DNA from: Candidatus Woesearchaeota archaeon | Lineage (GTDB): Archaea > Nanobdellota > Nanobdellia > SCGC-AAA011-G17 > ARS1403 | Length of the DNA: 45,662 nucleotides | Assembly (NCBI GenBank): GCA_018302505.1 | Contig: JAGVZL010000052.1 | Location: forward strand, 1-45,662 | Direction of reading: 5' to 3' | Part shown: one piece after another, positions 26,554-35,826 of the stretch | Layout of the letters: each line of letters starts with the position of its first letter | Numbering within the stretch: position 1 is the first letter of the stretch | The notes under the pieces: generated by a model | Databases searched by the model: none | Told to the model about the DNA's origin: nothing | The model's input: only the letters and a program-made list of their open reading frames with translations | Position numbers and translations under genes: made by a program

Positions 26554-27242
26554 GTTCAATTTTAAAATTATTTTCAAGATTTATTGGTAAGACTTTAATA
26601 TCAACCTCTTTAACATTTTTCATACTGACTTTCTTTGCAATTCCCTTAGCTGAAAATGTAGGGGTAATAACAGAATCTATAGATGCAGAAGTTTTATTGG
26701 AAGATGTAATGGAGAATTCAGATATAACCTTAGAAGAAGCCAGAACATTATGTAATAAAAATCCAAGTTTAGAAGAATGTGAAATAATAGAAAATCCTAA
26801 AGTGTTATTAGAAGAGCAGTTAAAGCCGGTTATGGAAACAGCAGAAGAAATTAAGCCGGTATTACTTGCAGGAAGATGGATCTCAATAATTATTTTTATT
26901 TTAGGTATTGGATTATTATATTTGGGGACATTCAACATTTATGAAACCGCTTATAAAACATCAATAACAACCTTCTTTACTTCATTAATATACTCAATAT
27001 TTTATAAATTATCTGGGAACATAATCCCATCAATAGCGCAAAACTTAGCTTCCGGAAATAAAGAAGTTCCACAGGCTTTGTTGGATATGGCAGTTAAAGC
27101 AATCCAAAATTGGATACAAATCCCAATAAACGAAGTCTTTACTTTATGTTTAATATTAATGGGGATTTCATTGCCAATAGCGATTGCATCTTATATTCTA
27201 AAAAACAAACAACAAAAAGGGACTAAGAAGTCTGAGAAATAA
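26550..27242 (+). CDS. Membrane protein, function unknown
   Basis: 230 aa with several hydrophobic helices. The start overlaps the topA stop (ATGA). Confidence 0.4.
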   Translation: MSSILKLFSRFIGKTLISTSLTFFILTFFAIPLAENVGVITESIDAEVLLEDVMENSDITLEEARTLCNKNPSLEECEIIENPKVLLEEQLKPVMETAEEIKPVLLAGRWISIIIFILGIGLLYLGTFNIYETAYKTSITTFFTSLIYSIFYKLSGNIIPSIAQNLASGNKEVPQALLDMAVKAIQNWIQIPINEVFTLCLILMGISLPIAIASYILKNKQQKGTKKSEK

Positions 27243-27849
27243 ATCCATCATTCCCGATATCAAATAAGATTTCTCTTTTTTCAGGTTTTTCTAAAACTAA
27301 TCTCCTTGGATCTTTTTCTAATTTTATTAAACATTTACTCCAGTTTCTAAACATATTCCCGCCTACAACACTAATATCTTTAGTTTCAAAATTCTGGTAA
27401 ATCTGATTTGTAATCAAGACACTAGTTCCTTTAGAACATAAATCACTCAAAATGTTAAACTGTTTATGAATCTCATTATTTGCTTCTTTTGAATTCTTTT
27501 TCAACTCTAGCCTATAATGGACCCCTATAGTATCTAAAATAACTAAATCAATTTTAGATTTTAACAAACGATTCAATTGTTTTGTTTGCTCTTTCAAATT
27601 CTTAGGTTTCAAAACAAAAATATTCTTTAGAGCTTCTTTATTATTTCCCGCTAATTGCATAACTCTTTCAATATTAAAGCTATTTTCAGAATCGATATAA
27701 ACTACTTTTTTATTATTTAAAGACCGATGTATTGCAGCTTCTTTAGCTAAAGTTGTTTTCCCACTTGCAGGAGCCCCATAAACACAGCTAATTTCTTTCC
27801 TTTTGCCCTGTAAAACTTCCATTAACAGCTCAGAATCGGATTTTATCAT
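27223..27849 (-). CDS. radB: DNA repair and recombination protein RadB
   Basis: 208 aa. VYGAPASGKTTLA (Walker A), VVYIDSENSFNIERVMQLA, LVILDTIGVHYR and VLITNQIY align by eye with Pyrococcus RadB. Confidence 0.8.
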   Translation of the reverse strand: MIKSDSELLMEVLQGKRKEISCVYGAPASGKTTLAKEAAIHRSLNNKKVVYIDSENSFNIERVMQLAGNNKEALKNIFVLKPKNLKEQTKQLNRLLKSKIDLVILDTIGVHYRLELKKNSKEANNEIHKQFNILSDLCSKGTSVLITNQIYQNFETKDISVVGGNMFRNWSKCLIKLEKDPRRLVLEKPEKREILFDIGNDGFISQTS

Positions 27850-27869
27850 CTCTTAATTAAGATAAGAAT

Positions 27870-27879
27870 CTTTAAAAAC
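27870..27879 (+). promoter_or_regulatory. TATA-box-like element for cbf5
   Basis: CTTTAAAAAC ends 23 nt before ATG 27902. This supports 27902 rather than TTG 27884 as the start. Confidence 0.45.
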
Positions 27880-27901
27880 ATTATTGAGACTAATTAGATA
27901 T

Positions 27902-28799
27902 ATGCCAGTATTAATAAAAAAAGAAGCAAAGACAAATAACAAGTTTGGATGCAATCCTTTAGAAAGAACTACTGAAACTTTGATAAAATATGGACTAGTA
28001 AATATCAATAAACAACAAGGTCCAACAAGCCATCAAGTCTCAGATATGGTCCAAAAAATACTAAACATAAATAAAGCGGGGCATTCAGGCACGCTCGACC
28101 CTAATGTTACGGGCTGTTTAGTAATTGCATTAGATAAAGCTACAAGAGTTATAGATACTTTGCTAAAAGAAGGAAAGGAATATGTCTGTTTAATGAGAAT
28201 TCATTCTGAAAATAGAACAATTACCTCCTGTAAGGTCCGCAATTAAAAGACAGTTAAGAACCAGGGAAATTTATGATTTAAAGATTCTAGAATTAGATGG
28301 CCAGAATATTCTATTCAGAGTAAAATGTCAGGCAGGAACCTATATTAGAAAACTTTGTCATGATATCGGTTTAAGCCTTGGAACTAATGCTCATATGGTT
28401 CAGTTAGTAAGAACTCAAGTAGGACCATTTAATGATAAAAATTGGCATTCTCTGCATGATTTAAAAGACGCATATGAAACCTACAAAGAAGGAAATGATA
28501 AATTACTAAGAGAAATAATCGTTCCAATAGAATTCTCAGTGCAGACCCTTCCAAGAATATGGGTCTTTGACTCTACAGTAGACCCTTTATGCCATGGTGC
28601 GGATTTATCCATGCCAGGAATCTCAAAATTAGAGGATTATATAGAAGAAAGAGATTTAGTAGCTATTTTAACGTTAAAAAATGAATTAATCTGTCTAGGG
28701 GAATCTTTAACTACCGCTAAAAAAATGTATAAGAATTCATCCGGCAGAGCAGTAAAAACAAAAAAAGTATTTATGGAAAGAAAAACCTATACTAATTAA
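27902..28799 (+). pseudogene. cbf5: tRNA/rRNA pseudouridine synthase Cbf5 (TruB family + PUA), interrupted by a frameshift and a short internal deletion
   Basis: The N-terminal part (frame 2) reads KAGHSGTLDPNVTGCLVIALDKATRV...KEGKEYVCLMRIH and then stops at 28244-28246. Frame 0 is open from 28197 and reads EFILKIEQLPPVRSAIKRQLRTREIYDL...AGTYIRKLCHDIG...PUA domain, running to 28799. The roughly 13-16 residues normally found between the MHLH and EFxGxIxQ motifs are missing. Confidence 0.8.
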
Positions 28800-29370
28800 T
28801 TCCAGCTTCTAATAGAGTATTATTCTCTCTAGATTTTAAAACACCTTCAGAAATATCTTTAGACGTAACGTAAGATTTAGGTACAGTAATGTAAATTCTT
28901 TCAACATTATCCCAATAATCGTATATTTCAATTTCAAAAAGTTCTTCATCTTCAGGAACATCAAAGACAATTATCCCGCTATGAGCCCCACCAGGAAAAA
29001 CGGTCTTATCCCATTGAATTAAATTACTTAAGTAGAAACCAGCTTTCAAGTCAGGAAAATATTTTTTATCATTGCTGTCAATAATATTTATTCTTGGTGA
29101 AAAAATATAATCGTGTTCTCCTTTGTTCTCTATTTTAAAATAAACAAGGTAAAATATTCCGCTTGCTTTTTTACTAACACTGCTTTCTCCAATCTCATTA
29201 TAACTTTCAACTTTTTCAACTGTATATGAAATTCCGTTTAATACAATCTTGCTGCCCACACTCCCATATTTATTTTCTTTAGTGGCAACTTCTTTTTTTG
29301 TATAGGTGGTTTTTTCACTAGCACACCCGCTAATTAAAATTAATAAAACAAAAACTAAAAATAATCTCAT
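28792..29370 (-). CDS. Lipoprotein, DUF4352-like Ig-fold domain
   Basis: 192 aa. It has a signal peptide with lipobox LISGC. FYLVYFKIENKGEHDY...GGAHSGIIVFDVPED matches the DUF4352 pattern. Confidence 0.55.
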   Translation of the reverse strand: MRLFLVFVLLILISGCASEKTTYTKKEVATKENKYGSVGSKIVLNGISYTVEKVESYNEIGESSVSKKASGIFYLVYFKIENKGEHDYIFSPRINIIDSNDKKYFPDLKAGFYLSNLIQWDKTVFPGGAHSGIIVFDVPEDEELFEIEIYDYWDNVERIYITVPKSYVTSKDISEGVLKSRENNTLLEAGIN

Positions 29371-29490
29371 AAAATAAAAAAAACTTATTAACTATTTAAT
29401 TCTTATTATCTCTATAAAGGCTATTTGATAGTCTATACTTTAGAATAGTTACAAATATTTATATATTAACTAATATACAATTTTACCTAT

Positions 29491-29820
29491 ATGGCAAAAA
29501 GAGGTAATAGCATGGTTTCAAAGGGCCAGTTAGGAGCTTGGTCTTTTATCCTTGGATTAGCATTAGCCATTATATTAGCATTTGTTAATGTTGATTTAGG
29601 TTGGCTATTAATCCTACTAGGAGTAGTAGTAGGTTTGTTGAATGTCCAGGATAAAGAGATTACCAATTTCTTATTAGCTTCTTTAGCATTGATAGGAGTA
29701 GGATCTGCAGGAATTAGCATCTTAGGAATTCCATTAATTTTAGACAACGTTGTAAGATTCGTTTCTCCAGCAATGATAATTGTAGCAGTTAAGGCAATAT
29801 ATGAAATTGGTAGAAAATAA
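29491..29820 (+). CDS. Small multi-pass membrane protein
   Basis: 109 aa with three hydrophobic helices. I preferred it over the antisense ORF 29487..29747. Confidence 0.4.
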   Translation: MAKRGNSMVSKGQLGAWSFILGLALAIILAFVNVDLGWLLILLGVVVGLLNVQDKEITNFLLASLALIGVGSAGISILGIPLILDNVVRFVSPAMIIVAVKAIYEIGRK

Positions 29821-29870
29821 TTCTTTATTTTTTTATTTTTTTAAATTTTATTAGTCAAATTTATACTAAA

Positions 29871-30422
29871 TTATATAAAATCAGAAATCTTATGTTTTAC
29901 TTCTTCATGCAACAACCATAATACTAAGAGCATAGCATCCAATCCTTGAAAGAAAGTCCCTCCAAATTTATCCATTGGAATCAAATTTAGATTGAATATG
30001 TAATTTGAAAAAGGATAGAAAGGTCTTAAACCACCGGATAAAAATCCATCTAAAACTAAATGCATTACAGTGCCGAATATTATTGCTAAAAATATATAAT
30101 TAAGTTTGAGTTTATACTTATTCAAGAATTTTAGCTTAACATTACTAGTCAAAAAATACAAAACTAAGAATATTAAAGGAAAAAAAATAGCATGAGTATA
30201 TGTCCTATGAAAATCACTAATAGCAAAATCTCTAAACAAATTAAAAATATAAAAAAACAGAATATCTATATCAGGTAATAACCCAGCTAAGCCAACAATA
30301 TAAACATAATGCAGGCTAAATTTTTTCTTAGCAAAATAATCTCTATAAATATCGGCTAGGATAGCAGGTATTAAAATATGAGTTACAGCTAAAGGCATAT
30401 AAAGATTTAAAACCTTGCTCAT
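29871..30422 (-). CDS. Membrane-bound metal-dependent hydrolase (DUF457/YdjM-like)
   Basis: 183 aa, polytopic. It has the conserved HRTYTHAIFFPL motif and His/Asp residues near helix ends. Confidence 0.55.
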   Translation of the reverse strand: MSKVLNLYMPLAVTHILIPAILADIYRDYFAKKKFSLHYVYIVGLAGLLPDIDILFFYIFNLFRDFAISDFHRTYTHAIFFPLIFLVLYFLTSNVKLKFLNKYKLKLNYIFLAIIFGTVMHLVLDGFLSGGLRPFYPFSNYIFNLNLIPMDKFGGTFFQGLDAMLLVLWLLHEEVKHKISDFI

Positions 30423-30436
30423 TATTAAAGTTTGTT

Positions 30437-31387
30437 ATGAAATATTTTGTTACAACATTTGAAGGAGCGGAAGATATAGTAGAAAAAGAGATAAAAGAAA
30501 GAGTAAAAGCAAAAATCGAAAAACAAAAAGGTTTCTTAATCTTAGATAAAAAAGAAGATTTAGAGAATCTAAGATCAATAGTAAGAACAGGAGTTTATCT
30601 AAAACACTTTAAAGTTAAAGATTTAAAAGATTATAAAAAACAAATTAAAGACATTGATTTTTCTTTCATAAATGAAGAATTTGCAGTTTATTGTGAACGT
30701 CTAGGAAATCATAAATTCTCTTCAAAGGAGATTGAAATAGCAACAGCTGAAAAAATAAAAGCAAAAGTTAATCTAACTTCTCCTAAAGTATTAGTCTATA
30801 TTAAAATTAGAGATGAAGATTGTTTAATAGGAACAGATTTATTCCAAAAGAGGATTGATAAACCGGATTACAGGATAAAACCCCATCCCAATTCATTAAA
30901 TTCAGCCATAGCTTATATAGGACTAAACTTTTCAGAATATAAACCAAAGAATTCAATATTAGACTTTTTTTGCGGCTCAGGAATAATACCAATAGAAGCG
31001 GCATTAATGGGCGGAAAAGAAGTTTACGCTTCAGACAACCAATATTATTGCACCGAGGCTGCAAGTATAAATTCAAAAGTTGCAGGAGTAAAAATAAATC
31101 TCTCAAAAACTAAATTAGAAGATATTAATAAAAAATTCAAGAAGAAATTTGATTTTATAGTAACAGACCCGCCAATAGCAACATTTAGAGGATTAAATGA
31201 TATTTATTATTTATATGATATTATGTTCGAAAAAGCTTTTACTCTGCTAAAACCAAAAGGAACTTTCACAATCATAACTACAAGACCTCAACCCTTAATT
31301 GAAGATTCTGGAAAATTTAAATTAAAAAAACAGTTAATTTTAGATAAGAATAGCTTGAAATATTATATCCTTATTTTTAAGAAATAG
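30437..31387 (+). CDS. THUMP-domain RNA (guanine-N2-type) methyltransferase
   Basis: 316 aa. It has an N-terminal THUMP-like region, the SAM-binding motif ILDFFCGSGIIPIEAAL, and the catalytic motif IVTDPPIA. Confidence 0.7.
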   Translation: MKYFVTTFEGAEDIVEKEIKERVKAKIEKQKGFLILDKKEDLENLRSIVRTGVYLKHFKVKDLKDYKKQIKDIDFSFINEEFAVYCERLGNHKFSSKEIEIATAEKIKAKVNLTSPKVLVYIKIRDEDCLIGTDLFQKRIDKPDYRIKPHPNSLNSAIAYIGLNFSEYKPKNSILDFFCGSGIIPIEAALMGGKEVYASDNQYYCTEAASINSKVAGVKINLSKTKLEDINKKFKKKFDFIVTDPPIATFRGLNDIYYLYDIMFEKAFTLLKPKGTFTIITTRPQPLIEDSGKFKLKKQLILDKNSLKYYILIFKK

Positions 31388-31492
31388 AATCTTATTTTAT
31401 AATCACAATCACGGGAACGTATAATTCTTCCTTAGATAATCTTATTCATAAAAAATAATGGTAAATTCATTCATTAATCTTATTAATAAATT

Positions 31493-31885
31493 TTAATTGT
31501 CCTCATAAATCCTAATAGCATTGTCCCATGAAGGAGATGTATCCTCATTTTGTCTTGGAGCTCTGCTTGGGAATTTAGACCATCCCGATCTCACTACAGC
31601 TTCTTTCTTTTCCTGCACAGTTCTTCCTATTTCTTCTAAATCACACCCACTAATCAAAATTAACTCAAGAACCCTTTTAGTACCCTTACCAATCCCCTTA
31701 ATAGCTAACCTGTCAAAACTTCCATATTCCTGAAAAAATCTTGCTAAATCAATACTAGATTCAGCAATCCTTCTTTTTAAAGTTCTATAAGTATCAGTAC
31801 ACCTACTATTCGGAGCAACAATTGTATAATACATATCTGCTAATTCTCTATTTGCATAATTTCTTTCTACCATTTTAATACTCAC
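31493..31885 (-). CDS. Stand-alone helix-hairpin-helix protein resembling the PolX N-terminal (8-kDa) domain
   Basis: 130 aa. NRELADMYYTIV....YRTLKRRIAESSIDLA....GSFDRLAIKGIGKGTKRVLELILISG parallels N.eIA..l..ia..l......Y.rAa..i...l...l..l.GIG..ia.kI.E in PolX enzymes. Composition is non-backbone. Confidence 0.35.
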   Translation of the reverse strand: MSIKMVERNYANRELADMYYTIVAPNSRCTDTYRTLKRRIAESSIDLARFFQEYGSFDRLAIKGIGKGTKRVLELILISGCDLEEIGRTVQEKKEAVVRSGWSKFPSRAPRQNEDTSPSWDNAIRIYEDN

Positions 31886-31997
31886 TATTATCTAAATTGT
31901 GATATCTCTCTATATAACTAATTTTTACCTTATATAACAGTATTAAATACAATAATAGATAGAAATATTTATATATTACCTTACATATACTATACCT

Positions 31998-32672
31998 ATG
32001 TGGAAAGCGATATTCGAAGGTTCGCATAAAACCTGTATAATTGCCCCTAGGTGCAAAAGATATAGCGTGACTGATTTTGTATATCTGCTTAATGCATGGG
32101 AAGAAAATAATAAATTTTATTATACTGAGGCACATATATTACAAGGGACAGAACAAAACAAAGAATTATTTGTTAATGATTTTAAAAAAGAAAAAACAAA
32201 TAAAAAATTTGAAAGAAAAGGTAATTTTATTATTACCTTAACAGAAAGACCCGGTTGGATGGCAGCATATATGCCTTTATGGGATAAAAGAATAATTCAA
32301 ACAAAACCTGTTATTCAAAAACAGGATGGAATGGAAGTTTGGGAAATGGCCTCTTGGGATAAAGAACCATTAATTAACATTTTACATAGACTTCCAAAAG
32401 AGTTTAAGATTAAAATTAAATCAATACAGCAAACAAAATTAGATGAATTATTTTTGCCGCATATAATGCCGAAATTAAGCAATAAACAAAAAGAAGCAAT
32501 CCAATTAGCCGTTAAAGAGGGTTATTTTGATTTTCCAAGAAAAATTAACTTAGAGGGCATAGCTAAAAGAATGAAAATTTCAAAGCAAACATTACAACAA
32601 CACCTAAGGATAGCCGAAAAAAAGTTAGTTCCTTTTTTAACTGAAAATATATTGGATGAGAATTATGTTTAA
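31998..32672 (+). CDS. HTH_10 (Bat-type) DNA-binding protein
   Basis: 224 aa. The C-terminus LSNKQKEAIQLAVKEGYFDFPRKINLEGIAKRMKISKQTLQQHLRIAEKKLV is the classical archaeal HTH_10 signature. Confidence 0.6.
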   Translation: MWKAIFEGSHKTCIIAPRCKRYSVTDFVYLLNAWEENNKFYYTEAHILQGTEQNKELFVNDFKKEKTNKKFERKGNFIITLTERPGWMAAYMPLWDKRIIQTKPVIQKQDGMEVWEMASWDKEPLINILHRLPKEFKIKIKSIQQTKLDELFLPHIMPKLSNKQKEAIQLAVKEGYFDFPRKINLEGIAKRMKISKQTLQQHLRIAEKKLVPFLTENILDENYV

Positions 32673-33876
32673 AATAACTGAGAAAGATATTTTAGAAGTC
32701 TATAAGGAAGATGGAAAAATAAAAGAATATGATTATTGTATAGATTACATTAAATTTATGGACACAGAATCAAAAAAAACAATTAAGGAAATTAAAAACA
32801 GATTCTGTGTTAGTTATAATTCCTTATTAAGGTGGAAATCTAATAAAAGAATACCCTATGGGATAAAATGTCTTAATTTTTTAAAAGAGAAAAAATTATT
32901 ACCCTATTATCCGAACGAAATAACTGCTAGAATTGTAGGTCTTTTACATGGAGATGGCTATTTGACAGAAAGTTTAGGCAGTTTTGGATTTGTTTCTAAA
33001 GACGAAAAGATGTTATTATCTATAAAAAAAGATGTAAAAAAAGAATTTAAAATAAAAATGAATCTAAAGAAAAAAAGGGACATAGGAAATATTGAGTTTA
33101 TTAATGGTAAAAAAGTTTCAGTAAAAGTTCCAACTTATGAATTAAGATATAATAGTAAAGGGTTAGGTTCATTATTGTTTAAATTAGGCGTGCCTAAAGG
33201 AAGAAAAATATATCAAAAAACAAGAATACCTAAGTGGGTAATGGAAGGAAAAAAAGAAATTAAAAAATCTTTCCTTCAAGGATTATTTGATTCTGAATTA
33301 TCTAATTCTTCAATTTCAACATATAAAGGACATAAAAATAATTTAGGAAGCCCTAGAATGGAAATGGGTAAGGAAAAAAAATTAATATGGAATTTAAACG
33401 AATATTTATTGCAAATAAGATCTTTATTAAAAAGATTTAAGATAAATTCAACTATCTCCTGTCCAAGAAATTATAGCTATGGAAAAATATCTCTCACACT
33501 AAAAATCAAAAATAATCTTATAAATATTTACAATTTTATTGACAAAATTGGTTTTTATTATAATATCTTAAGAGTAAAAAGAGCGAAATATATAAAAAAA
33601 TTAATATTAGAGAAAATTAAAAAAAAGAATTCCGTTTATAAAATTTTAGAATATTGTAAAAGTAAACCCTATTTTACAATAAAAAACCTTGAGAATGACC
33701 TAGGGATCAATACTAGTTCCTCTAAGACATGGGGAATTTATTTAAAAAAATATGGTTTTGTAATTAGGGAAATGACTGAAAATAGAGTGTTTAAATATTT
33801 TCCCAAATTGAACAAAATAAACCAAATAATTAAAAACCCACTTCTTTTAGAAGGATTACCAAAGATACAGAAATAA
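32656..33876 (+). CDS. Free-standing double-motif LAGLIDADG homing-endonuclease-like protein
   Basis: 406 aa with two LAGLIDADG-type motifs, IVGLLHGDGYL and FLQGLFDSELS, about 110 aa apart. It overlaps the HTH_10 gene by 17 nt and ends 1 nt before lysK. Confidence 0.7.
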   Translation: MRIMFKITEKDILEVYKEDGKIKEYDYCIDYIKFMDTESKKTIKEIKNRFCVSYNSLLRWKSNKRIPYGIKCLNFLKEKKLLPYYPNEITARIVGLLHGDGYLTESLGSFGFVSKDEKMLLSIKKDVKKEFKIKMNLKKKRDIGNIEFINGKKVSVKVPTYELRYNSKGLGSLLFKLGVPKGRKIYQKTRIPKWVMEGKKEIKKSFLQGLFDSELSNSSISTYKGHKNNLGSPRMEMGKEKKLIWNLNEYLLQIRSLLKRFKINSTISCPRNYSYGKISLTLKIKNNLINIYNFIDKIGFYYNILRVKRAKYIKKLILEKIKKKNSVYKILEYCKSKPYFTIKNLENDLGINTSSSKTWGIYLKKYGFVIREMTENRVFKYFPKLNKINQIIKNPLLLEGLPKIQK

Positions 33877-33877
33877 A

Positions 33878-35416
33878 ATGGAAAAAAAAGAACAATATCA
33901 TTGGGCGGATGAAACAGCAAACAGAGTAATTAAAGAGAAAGGAAATAAACCAAGTTACACAGTTGCGGCAGGAATAACTCCTTCAGGAACAGTACATATA
34001 GGAAATTTTAGGGAAATAATAACTGTAGATTTAGTAGTAAGGGCATTAAAACATAAAGAAAAGAAAGTACGATTTATCTATTCCTGGGATGATTATGATA
34101 GATTCAGAAAAGTTCCCGGAAATGTTCCCAAAGAATTTGAAAAACATTTAGGTATGCCAGTATCAGAAGTGCCAGACCCTTGGAAATGCCATAAATCTTA
34201 TGCTGAACATTTTGAAAAAGAGCTTGAACAGTCCTTGCACCCAACAGGGATTAAACCAGAATTTATTAGGCAAAATGAAATGTATAAATCTTGTAAATAC
34301 TCGAAGGGTCTTAAAACAATGTTAAAAAATAAAGATGAAATAATAATGATTTTAAATAAGCATAAAAATGAACATTTATTAGTAGACTGGTATCCTGTAA
34401 TAATTTATTGCAGTAAATGTAAAAAAGATTTTACAAAAATATTACATTATGATGGAGAATACGAAATAGAATACGAATGTGAATGTGGCCATAAAGAAAA
34501 AATAGATTTTAGAAAAAATGGAAATATCAAAGGTACTTGGAGGTCAGAATGGCCAATGCGTTGGGCTTATGAAAAAGTCGATTTTGAACCTGGCGGAAAA
34601 GATCATAGTACTGCAGGCGGAAGTTATGATACAGGAAAAGAAATAGTAAAAATATACAACTGGACCGCGCCAACCTATCAATTATATGACTTTGTAAGTA
34701 TTAAGGGGAAAGGTGGAAAAATCTCTTCATCAAAAGGTGATGTAGTTACCATAAAAGATTGTTTGGAAATTTATGAACCTGAAGTCCTACGTTTTTTATT
34801 CGCAGGAACAAGACCTAATACTGAATTTTCAATATCATTTGATGCAGATGTAATTAAAATTTACGCAGATTTTGATAAGTTAGAAAGAATTTATTTTGGT
34901 GAAGAGGAGATATCAAAAGAAAAATTAGCAAAACAAAAAAGAATTTATGAATTATCTATGATAGATCTTCCTAAGAAAATGCCTTTCCAGCCAAGTTTCA
35001 GACATTTATCTATGTTAGTCCAGGTTCATAAAGGCAATATCGAAAAAGTTTTAGAATATTATCAGAAAGACGATAGGACTAAAAAACGAGCTGAATTAGC
35101 ATGGAATTGGATTCAGAAATATGCCCCTGAAGAATTTAGATTTGAATTGCAGGAAAAAGTTAATATTCCATTAAAAGAACAGGAGAAAAAAGCATTACGT
35201 ATATTGTCTAAAAAATTAAGAGAAAGGAATTATGATGAAGAAACATTATTTGAAGAATTTTATTCTATCTGCCAGGAATCAAATATAAAAAATACCGACT
35301 TCTTTACAGCAGCATATAAGGTGTTAATCAACAAAGAAAAAGGTCCAAGATTAGCTTCTTTTATTTTAGCTATAGGAAAAGATAAAGTAATAAAAGTTTT
35401 AGAGACAATAAAATGA
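33878..35416 (+). CDS. lysK: Lysine--tRNA ligase, class I
   Basis: 512 aa. It has HIGH-type TVHIGNFRE, KMSKS-type KISSSKG, and a zinc-binding CSKC...CECG insert typical of archaeal class I LysRS. Confidence 0.9.
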   Translation: MEKKEQYHWADETANRVIKEKGNKPSYTVAAGITPSGTVHIGNFREIITVDLVVRALKHKEKKVRFIYSWDDYDRFRKVPGNVPKEFEKHLGMPVSEVPDPWKCHKSYAEHFEKELEQSLHPTGIKPEFIRQNEMYKSCKYSKGLKTMLKNKDEIIMILNKHKNEHLLVDWYPVIIYCSKCKKDFTKILHYDGEYEIEYECECGHKEKIDFRKNGNIKGTWRSEWPMRWAYEKVDFEPGGKDHSTAGGSYDTGKEIVKIYNWTAPTYQLYDFVSIKGKGGKISSSKGDVVTIKDCLEIYEPEVLRFLFAGTRPNTEFSISFDADVIKIYADFDKLERIYFGEEEISKEKLAKQKRIYELSMIDLPKKMPFQPSFRHLSMLVQVHKGNIEKVLEYYQKDDRTKKRAELAWNWIQKYAPEEFRFELQEKVNIPLKEQEKKALRILSKKLRERNYDEETLFEEFYSICQESNIKNTDFFTAAYKVLINKEKGPRLASFILAIGKDKVIKVLETIK

Positions 35417-35514
35417 ATGATTTACTACTATGGATACTATCAATAATTGGATTATTAGTTTTATGGTTTGTTTTATTCGGTCAAAAGAGATATAATGAAC
35501 TAATGAAAAAATGA
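35413..35514 (+). CDS. Possible 33-aa membrane miniprotein (not in ORF track)
   Basis: MNDLLLWILSIIGLLVLWFVLFGQKRYNELMKK. Its ATG overlaps the lysK stop (ATGA), and its stop overlaps the acyP ATG (ATGA). Confidence 0.25.
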   Translation: MNDLLLWILSIIGLLVLWFVLFGQKRYNELMKK

Positions 35515-35780
35515 AAAGGATTCATGTAATAATCAAAGGCAAAGTAATTGGTGTTTTTTTCAGAAAGTTCATAAAAGAAAATGCTGATAAATTAAAAATT
35601 AAAGGCTGGGTTAAAAATGAAAAAGATTATGTTGAGGTTGTTTTCGAAGGTAAAGAAGTGAATTTAAGAAAAATTCTAAGCCTTTGTCATAGAGGACCTC
35701 CTTCTGCGAGTGTAGAAAGATTAAATTTTAAGGAAGAAATTATAAAAGGAGAAAAATCCTTTAAGATATTAAAAAGTTAA
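35511..35780 (+). CDS. acyP: Acylphosphatase
   Basis: 89 aa. It has VIIKGKVIGVFFRKF, GWVKNEKDYVEVVFEG and GPPSASV motifs. Confidence 0.8.
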   Translation: MKRIHVIIKGKVIGVFFRKFIKENADKLKIKGWVKNEKDYVEVVFEGKEVNLRKILSLCHRGPPSASVERLNFKEEIIKGEKSFKILKS

Positions 35781-35826
35781 CTATAGATAATTTTATAAGG
35801 CTTTTTATAGGTAAAAAGAATTAAAA

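Noticed and set aside
28190-28250. A bulge-helix-bulge mRNA intron in cbf5, as reported for some Crenarchaeota.
   Set aside because: An intron would add sequence between conserved blocks. Here the conserved blocks overlap on the DNA and residues are missing, so removing any segment cannot restore a full-length protein. A deletion plus frameshift, or an assembly error, fits better.
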